The notes: generated by a model from the letters alone, not told the origin. A DNA stretch of 33,707 nucleotides from an uncultured Gammaproteobacteria bacterium (GCA_903866355.1 CAIPNE010000181.1:1-33707); one strand, 5' to 3'; positions 1-8,959 are shown, counted from the first letter of the stretch. Numbers and translations: made by a program.

Positions 1-849
1 CAAGGTGCTGACGTCGATCCCCGGACGGGCGGCGGCGATGCGCCCCCGAATGGTCGCGCTTTCATAACCACTCGCATACCACACATTGCGCAGACGCTCG
101 CTGCGCTGCATTTCCAGCAAAAAAGCCGTGGCCGCCGCGACCGCCGGAAACCCATAACTGGTGGTCGATCGACAGGCCGGCAGCGGATGCAGCCACAGCG
201 CAATGGCCGTGATCACGCCGAAAGTGCCATCGCCACCCAAGAACAGCCCCGTCAAATCGGGTCCGATGCCATAGCGGTGAAAAAACTTACCGGTGCGCCC
301 GGCGCCGCTGCCGGTTCGTAATCGCTGACCATCACTCAGGACGACCTCGATGCCGACCACTTCGTCGGCAAAACTCTGAAAACGCGCAGAGCCTGTGCCC
401 AGCGCGTGCGCGGAGGCCGCACCGCCAATGCTGGCGGCGGGCGCGGTCAAAGGAATAATGCCGATGGTCATACCGTGGGGCGCGAGCGCGGCGGCCAGCG
501 CGCCAAAACGTACCCCCGGTTCTACCACCACCACCCCGGCGTCTAAATCAATGTCGAGAATGCGGTCGAGTCCGGACAAGTCCAACACCCAGCCTCCCGC
601 AGCCGGGATGGCACCACCGGCGTACATCGTGCCGCCACCGCGCACGGTGACCGGCACGCCGTCGGCCGCGGCCGTGCGCAGAATCTCGCCCACCGCCGCC
701 GCATCACTCGGGCGCAGTACGCGTTCCGCCCGGCCCGCTGGCAAGGAGGAGCAGTCACGCTGATAACCCAGCAGGTCTACGGGATCCTCCAACACGAGGG
801 TGCCCGCCGGGGTTAGCCGAAAAGGGCCCAGCACGCCGGCCTCGCTCAT
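1..849 (-). CDS. FAD-binding PCMH-type oxidase (GlcD/GlcE-like), N-terminal 283 codons; the 3' end lies outside the window
   Basis: Not in the supplied ORF track because it is open at the window edge. My own minus-strand translation from ATG 849-847 gives MSEAGVLGPFRLTPAGTLVLEDPVDLLGYQRDCSSL...VLRPSDAAAVGEILRTAAADGVPVTVRGGGTMYAGGAIP...LDRILDIDLDAGVVVVEPGVRF...GPDLTGLFLGGDGTFGVITAIALWLHPLP. This is the typical FAD_binding_4 pattern. The frame stays open to base 1. Its ATG overlaps the TGA of the upstream gene (ATGA). Confidence 0.75.
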   Translation of the reverse strand, partial: MSEAGVLGPFRLTPAGTLVLEDPVDLLGYQRDCSSLPAGRAERVLRPSDAAAVGEILRTAAADGVPVTVRGGGTMYAGGAIPAAGGWVLDLSGLDRILDIDLDAGVVVVEPGVRFGALAAALAPHGMTIGIIPLTAPAASIGGAASAHALGTGSARFQSFADEVVGIEVVLSDGQRLRTGSGAGRTGKFFHRYGIGPDLTGLFLGGDGTFGVITAIALWLHPLPACRSTTSYGFPAVAAATAFLLEMQRSERLRNVWYASGYESATIRGRIAAARPGIDVSTL

Positions 850-2027
850 GTTGCTCGGCCCTCTACCTCAAAGTAGTGCAGGAGGAACTCCGCCAAACCA
901 AATAATTGCTCGCCACCCTCACCCGCGCTGCCCGCGAGATGCGTCAGACAGCGCACGTCACCGGCCACAACAGGCACCGTGGCCGCACCACGGCGGGTCG
1001 CGCCCATGCGCGCGGCAGCCGCGGGATGCAGGGTCGCCAGACTGCCGGCAGCACCACAGCACACGCCATGAGAAGCCGCCATCGCAGAGTTCTCAACCGT
1101 TTGCGCCAAGTGCTGCAAAATTGCCCGCGTGGGATCGACCGCAGCGCGCAGATCGCCGGGTCGGCGGGACGCACAGCTATCAAACACATGGACCACCGAG
1201 GGGCGCGTCGCGCGTGGGATGAGTTGCAAACGGGCGTCCAACAAAGCCTGCAGCAACCACTGCGGAAAGGTCAGCACGCGCTCGGCCGTCACGCCGCGCT
1301 GCCAAGCGGGCGCGCATTCCAGGCCGGAGGTCACGAGTAAGGGCGCGCGCAAACGCCCGGCCAAGGTCTGCTCAGCGTAAGCGGCGTCCTGTGGCAGGCC
1401 AGCTTCACGCAGCGGCGCGCCGCAGCAGGCGTCGTCTGCCGGTGAATAACCCACGCGCTCACCGGCCAACTGGAAAAGCCGGACGGCGGCCCGCGCTTCG
1501 GCCGGACGGGCATGTGCCGTGGCACAACCCGGGGCGTACTGCAGCGTGGCGAGCGGGCCGGCGGTGAACTCAAGCCCAGTGGCCCAAGCACTGCGTGCAG
1601 CGGCAGGCGCACCGTAGACGTTGCCCTGTTCCCGCACCCGCGTGCGTAAGGCGGCGAGTGGCGCGGGCAAATGATCTTGCGCCGCCAACATTTCGCGCAG
1701 CGCCTGACCTACCTGCGCGGGGCGCAGGCCAATCGGGCAGATGCTCTCGCAGTTGCCGCAGCCGGTGCACGAAAAAGCGCGCTCGGCCAACACCTCAAGA
1801 TTAAGCGCCTGGCCTTCCAGCAAGGCGCGGGCAGCCGCGATATAGCCGCGCCCGGAATAACTTAACGCAGGAGAGTGGTGGGTGATCGTGGCACAGACGT
1901 GCTCAATACCGCGCTCGGCCCACACCGCGTCCACGCAATAATTGCAGTCCGCGCAGTGATAGAGATCTTGGCGAAAGACTTCCAGCGCGCTGCGCTCGCC
2001 GTGCACAGCGCTATCAGGCGCGGCCAA
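846..2027 (-). CDS. GlcF-like (Fe-S)-binding oxidoreductase with cysteine-rich CCG-type domains
   Basis: 393-aa ORF. It has Cys clusters CADCNYC and CTGCGNCESICP (4Fe-4S ferredoxin-type CxxCxxCxxxCP). C-terminal Cys-rich segments (PGCATAH, DDACCGAP, FDSCASR, GVCCGAAG) fit a glycolate-oxidase GlcF / heterodisulfide-reductase-like fold. The start is ambiguous: TTG at 2027 or GTG at 2006. With the TTG start it overlaps the upstream gene by 14 bp. Confidence 0.8.
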   Translation of the reverse strand: MAAPDSAVHGERSALEVFRQDLYHCADCNYCVDAVWAERGIEHVCATITHHSPALSYSGRGYIAAARALLEGQALNLEVLAERAFSCTGCGNCESICPIGLRPAQVGQALREMLAAQDHLPAPLAALRTRVREQGNVYGAPAAARSAWATGLEFTAGPLATLQYAPGCATAHARPAEARAAVRLFQLAGERVGYSPADDACCGAPLREAGLPQDAAYAEQTLAGRLRAPLLVTSGLECAPAWQRGVTAERVLTFPQWLLQALLDARLQLIPRATRPSVVHVFDSCASRRPGDLRAAVDPTRAILQHLAQTVENSAMAASHGVCCGAAGSLATLHPAAAARMGATRRGAATVPVVAGDVRCLTHLAGSAGEGGEQLFGLAEFLLHYFEVEGRAT

Positions 2028-3456
2028 TTTTTTTCAGCCAACGCGCGACGTTGCGGCCATGCGTGGCGAGATAGGGGTCTTGGATAAATTTGTCGTAAAA
2101 CGCGGTTTCCAAGCGGTGCGCCTGCGCATAAAACCGAATGTACATCGAGGGCACGGTGCCGGGAAACTTGCCATAGGTGGCGTAAATATATTCGGCGATT
2201 TTAACCACGGCCTCCACCAGTTCCGGTTCGGGTCGAGCGGCAGTTGCTTTGATCTTGGGGTTGTCCAAAAACGGGCCAGGCGATTTGGGATCGTAGGCGC
2301 CACCTGGGCCAAACTTAAGATTAACGTAGGCCTCCACCGCGGCGCGCATGTCTTTGTGGTAGGGCGGGCAGTAGCTCTCGTAAATACCATCCAGCCCGAT
2401 GGGGTTAGGCACGCCCCACTTGGGGTCGGTTTGAAAACGGAAACCCAAGCCGGGCAAGCCTTTGGCGGCGCCAGCCCCCATCAGCGAAAAAGGACTGATC
2501 CCGGAAAAAAACCAGCCGCCCAGTCCTAGCGTCTGTAACGCCAGCACGATGTTGTGGCCCATATCGCCCATCTCTACTGCCGAGCAGGTCAGGATGTACT
2601 GCTCCATGTAAGACAGTGGATATTTTTTCTCGGGATCGAGCAGACCCTGTTTGAAAAAGGGTTCCAGATCGCCCGCCGGACGTGCGTGTTGATCGTCCCA
2701 CACGGTAAAACCCGAACCCGCCACAATGAACAAAAAGCCCATGAATTGTTCCGACACATTGGCCACCGGAATGAAAACGGTGGAGCCCGGCACGTTTGCG
2801 TTCCACGTGTTGTGGGCGCTGTAATGGGGTTCGCCGCGCGGCAATTCAATGCGTTTGTCGCTGAGCTGGCGGGTGTGTTCTTGGGCCGCGGCGATCACGC
2901 GTTCGGGTTCAGACAAGCGCTCGTGCGCCCAGTTGCCATCGGTCTTCGCATCCCGGGTGCTAACAAAATACGTGCCGCTGTCTTCGGTATAGAACAGATC
3001 CGGGCTGCCAATGCCTGCCGCCGTGGGTACGGTGCGGCCGGTATAGCGCGCAGCATAAGTGGCTAGCCCCGACTCGGCATCAGAGTAGGGGATCCCATTG
3101 TGCTGACCCGACACCCCAATTCCCGCCGCCAGCAGCATCGAGCGTTCAAAGTCATCTAGCGACGACGGCGGTTTGTCAGACTTGAACTTCAGCGGGCCAC
3201 GCGGAATTTCCATGCCCCAACCGAAGCGCCGGGAGCGCCGACCGAACAGCGCAGAGTACAAAGGAAATTCGGCCGCTTCTTTGAGCAGCGCGTTCCACTC
3301 GGACAACTGCGCCGCGCTGTACTTCGCGCTAGCAGCGCTGGGTGCGGCTTGCGCGCCGCGTACCAGTGCCGGCGCGAGCGAGGCGAGGCTCGCCAAATAG
3401 AGAAACGCACGGCGCGATAAAGACGCGGACTTGGCGGGCAGATCGTCGAGGCTCAT
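2014..3456 (-). CDS. Tat-signal protein with putative nitroreductase/SagB-like fold, function unknown
   Basis: 480-aa ORF. The N-terminus SLSRRAFLYLASLASLAPALVRGAQA-AP is a twin-arginine motif plus h-region plus AxA cleavage site. The internal segments PSSLDDFERSMLLAAGIGVSG and GHNIVLALQTLGLGGWFFSG resemble nitroreductase-superfamily signatures. That fold assignment is by eye only. Confidence 0.8.
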   Translation of the reverse strand: MSLDDLPAKSASLSRRAFLYLASLASLAPALVRGAQAAPSAASAKYSAAQLSEWNALLKEAAEFPLYSALFGRRSRRFGWGMEIPRGPLKFKSDKPPSSLDDFERSMLLAAGIGVSGQHNGIPYSDAESGLATYAARYTGRTVPTAAGIGSPDLFYTEDSGTYFVSTRDAKTDGNWAHERLSEPERVIAAAQEHTRQLSDKRIELPRGEPHYSAHNTWNANVPGSTVFIPVANVSEQFMGFLFIVAGSGFTVWDDQHARPAGDLEPFFKQGLLDPEKKYPLSYMEQYILTCSAVEMGDMGHNIVLALQTLGLGGWFFSGISPFSLMGAGAAKGLPGLGFRFQTDPKWGVPNPIGLDGIYESYCPPYHKDMRAAVEAYVNLKFGPGGAYDPKSPGPFLDNPKIKATAARPEPELVEAVVKIAEYIYATYGKFPGTVPSMYIRFYAQAHRLETAFYDKFIQDPYLATHGRNVARWLKKIGRA

Positions 3457-3500
3457 GGTGTTACTCGCTGCAGTGACTGATAGTGGGTAGATATTAAGCC

Positions 3501-3529
3501 GTTTGCCCGCGTCTCGATACGCGGCAAAC
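3501..3529. promoter_or_regulatory. Imperfect inverted repeat in a divergent promoter region (candidate operator)
   Basis: GTTTGCC(C)GCGT-ctcgat-ACGCGGCAAAC: 11-bp arms with one bulged C. It lies between the divergent starts at 3456 (-) and 3609 (+). Confidence 0.25.
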
Positions 3530-3608
3530 TAGCCCCGAACGCGCGACCCGGCACGCTCACGTCGTGCGCCTCTAACCGCATCCACCACCCGGCAAGGCAG
3601 CTTTTCCC

Positions 3609-4409
3609 ATGAGCACATTTTTTGCTGACATCGAGGCCTTCGTCGCCACCATCCCTGATGGGGCCAAGCTCGCCATACCACCGGACTATAGCGGTGTGGC
3701 CTTGGCCGCAACCCGCGCGCTGGTCCGGCGCAATATCCGCGGACTACATCTCATTGCAGTCCCGCAAGCAGGTCTACAGGCCGATGTTCTCATCGGCGCA
3801 GGTTGTGTGGCAACGCTCGAAGCCGCTGGTATCAACTTGGGGGAGTATGGCCTAGCGCCACGTTTTACCGCGGCGGTATTGGCCGGTTCCATCGTGATGC
3901 GCGACGCCACCTGCCCGGCGATACACGCGGGGCTCCAAGCCGCTGAGAAAGGCATTCCCTTCCTGCCGCTACGGGGCATTTTGGGTTCCGACCTGTTACG
4001 CGTGCGTCCCGATTGGCGGGTCATCGACAACCCGTTTGGGATCAATGATCCCATCGTGCTAATCCCCGCCATCCGCCCGGATATCGCGCTGTTTCACGCC
4101 CGTGTGGCTGACCGTCACGGCAACGTCTGGGTCGGCGTGCGGCGCGAATTAATGCTCATGGCACATGCCTCGGCAAAGACTTATGTGACCGTCGAAACAG
4201 TGCAAACAGACAATCTATTGGCGGATCCCGCGCTCGCGGCGGGCACGATCCCCGCTTTGTATATCGACGCCATCCAACACGCGCCCGGCGGCATGCGACC
4301 ACTGGGCTTTGAGGACGAAACCGCGCACTACGCCTCACTGGCCAACTACGCCAGTTTGGCCCAGACCGACGCCGGCTTTATGGACTGGCTACGCACGTGG
4401 TTGGCATGA
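3609..4409 (+). CDS. CoA-transferase-fold subunit A-like protein (GctA/IpdA-like), pair 1
   Basis: 266 aa. The motifs AAEKGIPFLPLRGILGSDL, ALFHARVADRHGNVWV and IDAIQHAPGG parallel the paralog at 10607..11491 and glutaconate-CoA-transferase/IpdA-type alpha subunits. Its TGA overlaps the ATG of the next gene. Confidence 0.85.
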   Translation: MSTFFADIEAFVATIPDGAKLAIPPDYSGVALAATRALVRRNIRGLHLIAVPQAGLQADVLIGAGCVATLEAAGINLGEYGLAPRFTAAVLAGSIVMRDATCPAIHAGLQAAEKGIPFLPLRGILGSDLLRVRPDWRVIDNPFGINDPIVLIPAIRPDIALFHARVADRHGNVWVGVRRELMLMAHASAKTYVTVETVQTDNLLADPALAAGTIPALYIDAIQHAPGGMRPLGFEDETAHYASLANYASLAQTDAGFMDWLRTWLA

Positions 4410-5131
4410 GCATGCCGGCGTACACCAACGAAGAACTCATGGCGAGTGTGATGGCCCGGCTGCTGCGCGGCCTGCGCCATGTGGCCGTCGGCGCGCTGTC
4501 ACCGTTGCCCGCCACCGCAGCCCTGCTGGCCGGCGCGCTAGACCCTAGTCTGCGGGTGACCATACTCGGCGCGCGCGCGCATCAGTGTTTCACCGATGGT
4601 GGACGCGAATTATTCGACTGCGCAGCACAAGGTCGAATCGATGCGTTTTTCTTGAGCGGCGTGCAAATCGACGGCAATGCCAACATCAACTTAGTGGGAC
4701 TGGGCGATTATGCCCACCCCGTCCGGCGCTTCCCCGGCAGCTTTGGTTCCGCCTATCTCTACCATTTGATACCCAAGGTCATTTTGTTTCGCCAGGAACA
4801 CACGCCCAGAATCTTCGTCCCCAAAGTGGATTTCATCAGCGCCGCTGGCACCTCGCCGGCGCACGAATATCGCCCGGGAGGCCCGCGTCATTTGGTGACC
4901 GGGCGGGCGGAATTCGCCTTTGCCGAAGGGCGTTTCCAGTTGGTGAGCGTGCATGGCGATGAAACCGTGGCCTCGGTGCGGGCCGCCACCGGCTTTGATT
5001 TTTTAAGCCCAGAGACGGTACCGATGACCTCCGCACCGAGCGCCGCCGAACTCGTCGCGCTGCGCGGCTACGCTCGAACGCAGGTGCAGGAGATTTATCC
5101 GGCCTTCGCCGCGCACGCCTTCGGCGGGTAA
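4406..5131 (+). CDS. CoA-transferase-fold subunit B-like protein (IpdB-like), pair 1
   Basis: The ORF runs 4397..5131. I prefer ATG 4406, which gives an ATGA overlap with the subunit A stop. The motifs GVQIDGNANINLVG and HTPRIFVPKVDFISAAG are shared with the paralog at 9809..10597. There is no (S)ENG motif. Confidence 0.85.
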   Translation: MSMPAYTNEELMASVMARLLRGLRHVAVGALSPLPATAALLAGALDPSLRVTILGARAHQCFTDGGRELFDCAAQGRIDAFFLSGVQIDGNANINLVGLGDYAHPVRRFPGSFGSAYLYHLIPKVILFRQEHTPRIFVPKVDFISAAGTSPAHEYRPGGPRHLVTGRAEFAFAEGRFQLVSVHGDETVASVRAATGFDFLSPETVPMTSAPSAAELVALRGYARTQVQEIYPAFAAHAFGG

Positions 5132-5149
5132 AACATCCACTCGCCGCGC

Positions 5150-6178
5150 TTAAGCGGCGCCGTTTAGGTCCCGCTCTACCAGCAGGCAACGCGCCCGCTC
5201 AAACATGCGTGACAAACACAGGGCCATGTTTTCCCAAATGGGATCGTGACGTTGCCCCTTGCGGTGCAGTTTCACATTGAGGCAACCGATGGACGCCAGC
5301 CGATAACCCGCAAACGCTTGGTACCAAGGAATATCCGGGTAGTGCTGCCCCCGGCCGGATTCATAAATCGCCTGGATCTCGGTGGGCGTGGGCGGATGAA
5401 CGGGCTGCCATTGGGGCACCCAATTGAGCGGATCGGCGGCCATCATCAGCCAGCCAATATCCAGCAACTGAGCGCCAATGCCGGAGAGTTCCCAGTCGAT
5501 AACCCCGGTCAGTTGCCCGTTCTCATACAGCATATTGCCGGGCTGGTAATCCCCGTGAAAAATGCCCACGGGCGTGCCCACCGGCAACGACGCCAGCAGC
5601 AGGCGCTCGACTTCGCGGGCTTGGTCGATCCAGTGTGGCTCGGGCGCGTGGAGATAAATTTTCTGCCAGCGAGTGACTTGCTCGTGCAGCGGCTCGGGGG
5701 CTTGCCATTCAGACAAGTGAGCCTGCCAATCAAACTCGTGGAAATCCACCAAAGCCTCGACGCATTGTCGCCATAAGGGTGCTACGGCGGCCGGCGTGCG
5801 GTCAAAAGCCGGGTCCGGATCCCACACAAAAAATACCCGCCCAGGCAAGCGGTCCATCACCAGATAGGGCACGCCAAACCAGTCTTCGTTCTCGCTCGCG
5901 TAGGGTACCGACGGCACCGGCAAACCCGCCGCGTGCATCGCCCGCAGGAGTGGGGCCTGTCGATACACATCGGTGTTGCCGCGCCGGGCCACCCCTTTGG
6001 GCGGCAGCTTCAGGACATAGCGTCCGGCATTGTTCGACTCACCGCGACGGCGGGTCTCAAAGAGGAAAGTAAGTCCCGCGTGGCCGTCTGAATCCTGCAC
6101 GTCGGCCAGTGCTAGTTCCGCGCCAATTTCGGCTTGGATGAAGGCGGCGAGACTGGCCCGTAGTTCTGCAGTAATCAT
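5150..6178 (-). CDS. Phosphotransferase-family protein (APH/choline-kinase fold; the type often found next to acyl-CoA metabolism genes)
   Basis: The ORF is 5150..6289. I chose the internal start MITAELRASLAAF (ATG 6178) because the longer form would overlap the upstream gene. It carries the Brenner-type motif IFHGDYQPGNMLY followed by VIDWELSG. Confidence 0.8.
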   Translation of the reverse strand: MITAELRASLAAFIQAEIGAELALADVQDSDGHAGLTFLFETRRRGESNNAGRYVLKLPPKGVARRGNTDVYRQAPLLRAMHAAGLPVPSVPYASENEDWFGVPYLVMDRLPGRVFFVWDPDPAFDRTPAAVAPLWRQCVEALVDFHEFDWQAHLSEWQAPEPLHEQVTRWQKIYLHAPEPHWIDQAREVERLLLASLPVGTPVGIFHGDYQPGNMLYENGQLTGVIDWELSGIGAQLLDIGWLMMAADPLNWVPQWQPVHPPTPTEIQAIYESGRGQHYPDIPWYQAFAGYRLASIGCLNVKLHRKGQRHDPIWENMALCLSRMFERARCLLVERDLNGAA

Positions 6179-6203
6179 CGTAGGTGACCGTGGGTTACGC
6201 CGC

Positions 6204-6743
6204 TCACTCGCGGCTCTGGCTAAATAATTCAGGAGCGGCCTGCCGCACTTTGGCGTCGGTCGTCCAATAGCGTTTGGCCCAGATGCCATCGTAAGGCTCC
6301 GTGCCCACCGGCATCCGCCAAGTTCGAACTTCGGCCTGCGCCAGCGTCACCGAACACAGCGCACGCGGCTGGTCGTCCGTACCATCGACATAAGCGCTGG
6401 CGTCGTGGTGCGGTAAGTAGCGCCCGGCGATGCGGCGATAGCGATCACGCCAGAGATCATCGCAGCCAATTTCGTGCACGATTTCGGCACGGCCGCGCAC
6501 AATCACCTTGCGATAGGGCATCACGGGTTCATCGATGCACAGCGCAACGCGCGGTTCGCGGCGCAGATGCACCAGCCACACGGAGTGTTGGCGTGGCGTG
6601 AACCAAATCCGGCCTTCTTCATAGAGAAACCAGATCGGGCACAAATGCGGCCCCCCTTCGGCATCTAGCGTGGCAATGTCCATGATGAAACCCGGCGTTT
6701 CCGCCAGAAAAGTTTCTTGTTCGACTAAGCTGAGCTTGGGCAT
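6204..6743 (-). CDS. Pyridoxamine 5'-phosphate oxidase (PPOX)-family flavin/deazaflavin-binding protein
   Basis: The ORF is 6204..6860. The start MPKLSLVEQETF at 6743 is preceded by GGAGA 8 nt upstream. The sequence DIATLDAEGGPHLCPIWFLYEEGRIWFTP...VALCIDE...YRKVIVRGRAEIV fits a split-barrel PPOX pattern. Confidence 0.75.
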   Translation of the reverse strand: MPKLSLVEQETFLAETPGFIMDIATLDAEGGPHLCPIWFLYEEGRIWFTPRQHSVWLVHLRREPRVALCIDEPVMPYRKVIVRGRAEIVHEIGCDDLWRDRYRRIAGRYLPHHDASAYVDGTDDQPRALCSVTLAQAEVRTWRMPVGTEPYDGIWAKRYWTTDAKVRQAAPELFSQSRE

Positions 6744-6886
6744 GGGGCAGTCTCCACGTTGCAGCAGCACCGGGTGGCAGACGCCGCGGATCGCAAAGCG
6801 TCTCACCGGGGCGTGGCGCGCTGCCTGACGACGCCCTCGACCAGTGCAATAATGCCTCAATCCGAACCCACAGGAAGTACCCCGCG

Positions 6887-7330
6887 ATGATCGACCCCTG
6901 CCACATCGGTTATGTCTCGCCGCCGTTTACCACTGAGGTCGAGCGGGGACGTCTGCGCTTCTTCGCCAAAGCAATCGGCGAAACCGACCCCGTCTACCTC
7001 GAAGAAGACGCCGCCCACGCCGCCGGCTACCCGGGGCTGCCCGTCCCTCCGACGTTTTTGTTTTGTTTAGAGATGGACCGGCCCGCACCCTATGGCTGGT
7101 TCGACGACTTGGGCATCGAACTGCCCAAAGTGCTGCACGGTGAACAAAGCTTCGTTTATCACGCCATGGCATATGCCGGTGATTGCTTGACGTTCGCCGC
7201 CCGCGTGCGCGACATCTACAGCAAAAAGGGCGGCCTGCTGGAGTTTGTCGTGCAGGACAACCAAATTTCCAACCAACGAGGCGAGTTAATCGCCGAATTT
7301 ACCCGCACACTGGTGATTCGACATGGTTAA
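6887..7330 (+). CDS. MaoC_N/FAS1-like hotdog subunit (non-catalytic partner of a heteromeric enoyl-CoA hydratase)
   Basis: 147 aa. FAKAIGETDPVYLEEDAAHAAG aligns with the hydratase-2 motif but lacks its His. It overlaps the next gene by 8 bp (ATGGTTAA). Confidence 0.8.
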   Translation: MIDPCHIGYVSPPFTTEVERGRLRFFAKAIGETDPVYLEEDAAHAAGYPGLPVPPTFLFCLEMDRPAPYGWFDDLGIELPKVLHGEQSFVYHAMAYAGDCLTFAARVRDIYSKKGGLLEFVVQDNQISNQRGELIAEFTRTLVIRHG

Positions 7331-7763
7331 AACCCTCACCCCGTTTGACTACACCACCGCCCAGCCCGGTGACGCTTGGCCGGCGCTCGCCATGCCGCCC
7401 GTCGCGCGGCTGACCTTGGCCCTGTACTGCGGCGCTTCGGGCGATCACAACCCATTGCACGTCGATAGCGACTTTGCGCGCGCCGCGGGTTTGGGCGACG
7501 TGATTGCCCACGGCATGTTATCGATGGGCTATATGGGCCGCACGCTCACCCAACAGGTGCCGCTAGGGGCACTACGAGAATTCTCTACGCGCTTTTTGGC
7601 CATGACCCGCATTGGTGATCAAATAACCTGCACCGCACAGGTCATTGCGCGCTTTAACGACGCCCAAGGGATGCCCTGCTTACGGGTTGCCGTGAGCGCC
7701 GCAGGCCACAACGGCGAAGTCAAAGCTGCCGGCGAAGCCATCATCGCCCTACCGTCGGGCTAA
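7323..7763 (+). CDS. MaoC-like (R)-specific enoyl-CoA hydratase, catalytic hotdog subunit
   Basis: 146 aa. The hydratase-2 motif YCGASGDHNPLHVDSDFARAAG is intact, including the catalytic Asp and His. Confidence 0.88.
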   Translation: MVKTLTPFDYTTAQPGDAWPALAMPPVARLTLALYCGASGDHNPLHVDSDFARAAGLGDVIAHGMLSMGYMGRTLTQQVPLGALREFSTRFLAMTRIGDQITCTAQVIARFNDAQGMPCLRVAVSAAGHNGEVKAAGEAIIALPSG

Positions 7764-7808
7764 GCTCGGCGCCAACTCCTCCACTCACACCACATAGGAT
7801 AAGCAAGC

Positions 7809-8951
7809 ATGGGTCCACTCGCAGGCGTCACTATCATCGAACTGGCCGGGATCGGGCCCGCCCCTTTTGCCTCCATGCTGCTGGCTGATATGGGCGCGAA
7901 TATCATCCGTATCGACCGCGCCCGCGGCGACGAGCCGGGCATCCGTCTGCCCTACCGCCTGAACGTCATGAATCGCGGACGGCGCTCGTTGTCGGTCAAC
8001 CTAAAATCCCCCGCCGGCATCGCCACGGTACTTAAACTGGTGGAGCAAGCCGATGCCTTTATCGAAGGCTTTCGACCCGGCGTCACCGAGCGTCTGGGAC
8101 TAGGCCCGGACGCGTGTTTAGCGCGCAACCCGCGGCTCATTTATGGGCGCATGACCGGCTATGGCCAAGATGGTCCCATGGCCAGCGTGGCGGGACATGA
8201 CATCAACTACATCGCTTTGTCCGGTGTGCTCTCGATGATTGGCGAACGCGACCGCAAGCCGGTAGCGCCGCTAAATTTGGTGGGTGATTTTGGCGGCGGC
8301 GGGATGTTCCTGGCATTCGGCGTGGTGTGCGGCATTCTGGAAGCACGCGCTTCGGGGAAAGGGCAGGTCATCGACTGCGCCATGGTGGAGGGCGCGGCTA
8401 TGCTCGCCAATATCTTTAATAGCTTTCGCGCCTTGGGCCAACTCGAGCCACAGCGCGGCGCCAATGTGTTGGACGGTGGCGCGCATTTTTATGACACCTA
8501 CGAAACCCGCGATGGCGGCTATGTGGCGGTCGGCGCAATCGAACCGCAGTTCTATAAACGGCTGCTCGAATTGATGGGACTCCCGCAAGCAGAATTTGAA
8601 CCGCAAATGGACAAAACCCGCTGGCAGGCGTGGAAAGTCCGTTTTACCGACGTCTTCAAATCAAAAACACGTGCCGAATGGGGCAGCATCCTGGAACACG
8701 AAGAAGCCTGCGCCATGCCCATTCTGAGCATCGATGAAGCGGCCGCGCACCCGCACAACCGCGCACGCGGCACTTTTGTTGAATTTGCCGGTGTAGAGCA
8801 GGCCGCTCCTGCTCCGCGCTTTAGCCGTACGCCGGGCGAACTCAAGCAACCACCCCCGGAACCCGGCGAACACACCGATGCGGTGTTAACAGAGTTTGGC
8901 TTTAGTGCGGAGGAAATCGCCACCCTGCGCGCCACACTCGCGGTGAGCTAG
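7809..8951 (+). CDS. CaiB/BaiF family III CoA-transferase, alpha-methylacyl-CoA racemase-like
   Basis: 380 aa. The N-terminus GPLAGVTIIELAGIGPAPFASMLLADMGANIIRIDR and the segments GHDINYIALSG and GDFGGGG are typical of the family III CoA-transferase/racemase family. Confidence 0.88.
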   Translation: MGPLAGVTIIELAGIGPAPFASMLLADMGANIIRIDRARGDEPGIRLPYRLNVMNRGRRSLSVNLKSPAGIATVLKLVEQADAFIEGFRPGVTERLGLGPDACLARNPRLIYGRMTGYGQDGPMASVAGHDINYIALSGVLSMIGERDRKPVAPLNLVGDFGGGGMFLAFGVVCGILEARASGKGQVIDCAMVEGAAMLANIFNSFRALGQLEPQRGANVLDGGAHFYDTYETRDGGYVAVGAIEPQFYKRLLELMGLPQAEFEPQMDKTRWQAWKVRFTDVFKSKTRAEWGSILEHEEACAMPILSIDEAAAHPHNRARGTFVEFAGVEQAAPAPRFSRTPGELKQPPPEPGEHTDAVLTEFGFSAEEIATLRATLAVS

Positions 8952-8959
8952 CCCCACCC

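Noticed and set aside
5150-6289. N-terminal extensions of the maximal ORFs: 5150..6289, 6204..6860, 15811..17040, 17078..17725, 22864..23493, 24637..25074, 28179..28958 and 32463..33605.
   Set aside because: The extensions are Arg/Pro-rich or overlap neighbouring genes or promoters. Most of the internal starts I chose have Shine-Dalgarno sequences (6178 is an exception with no clear SD, and 32661 rests on an ATGA overlap). The chosen starts also match the conserved N-termini of the families, so I trimmed the coordinates.
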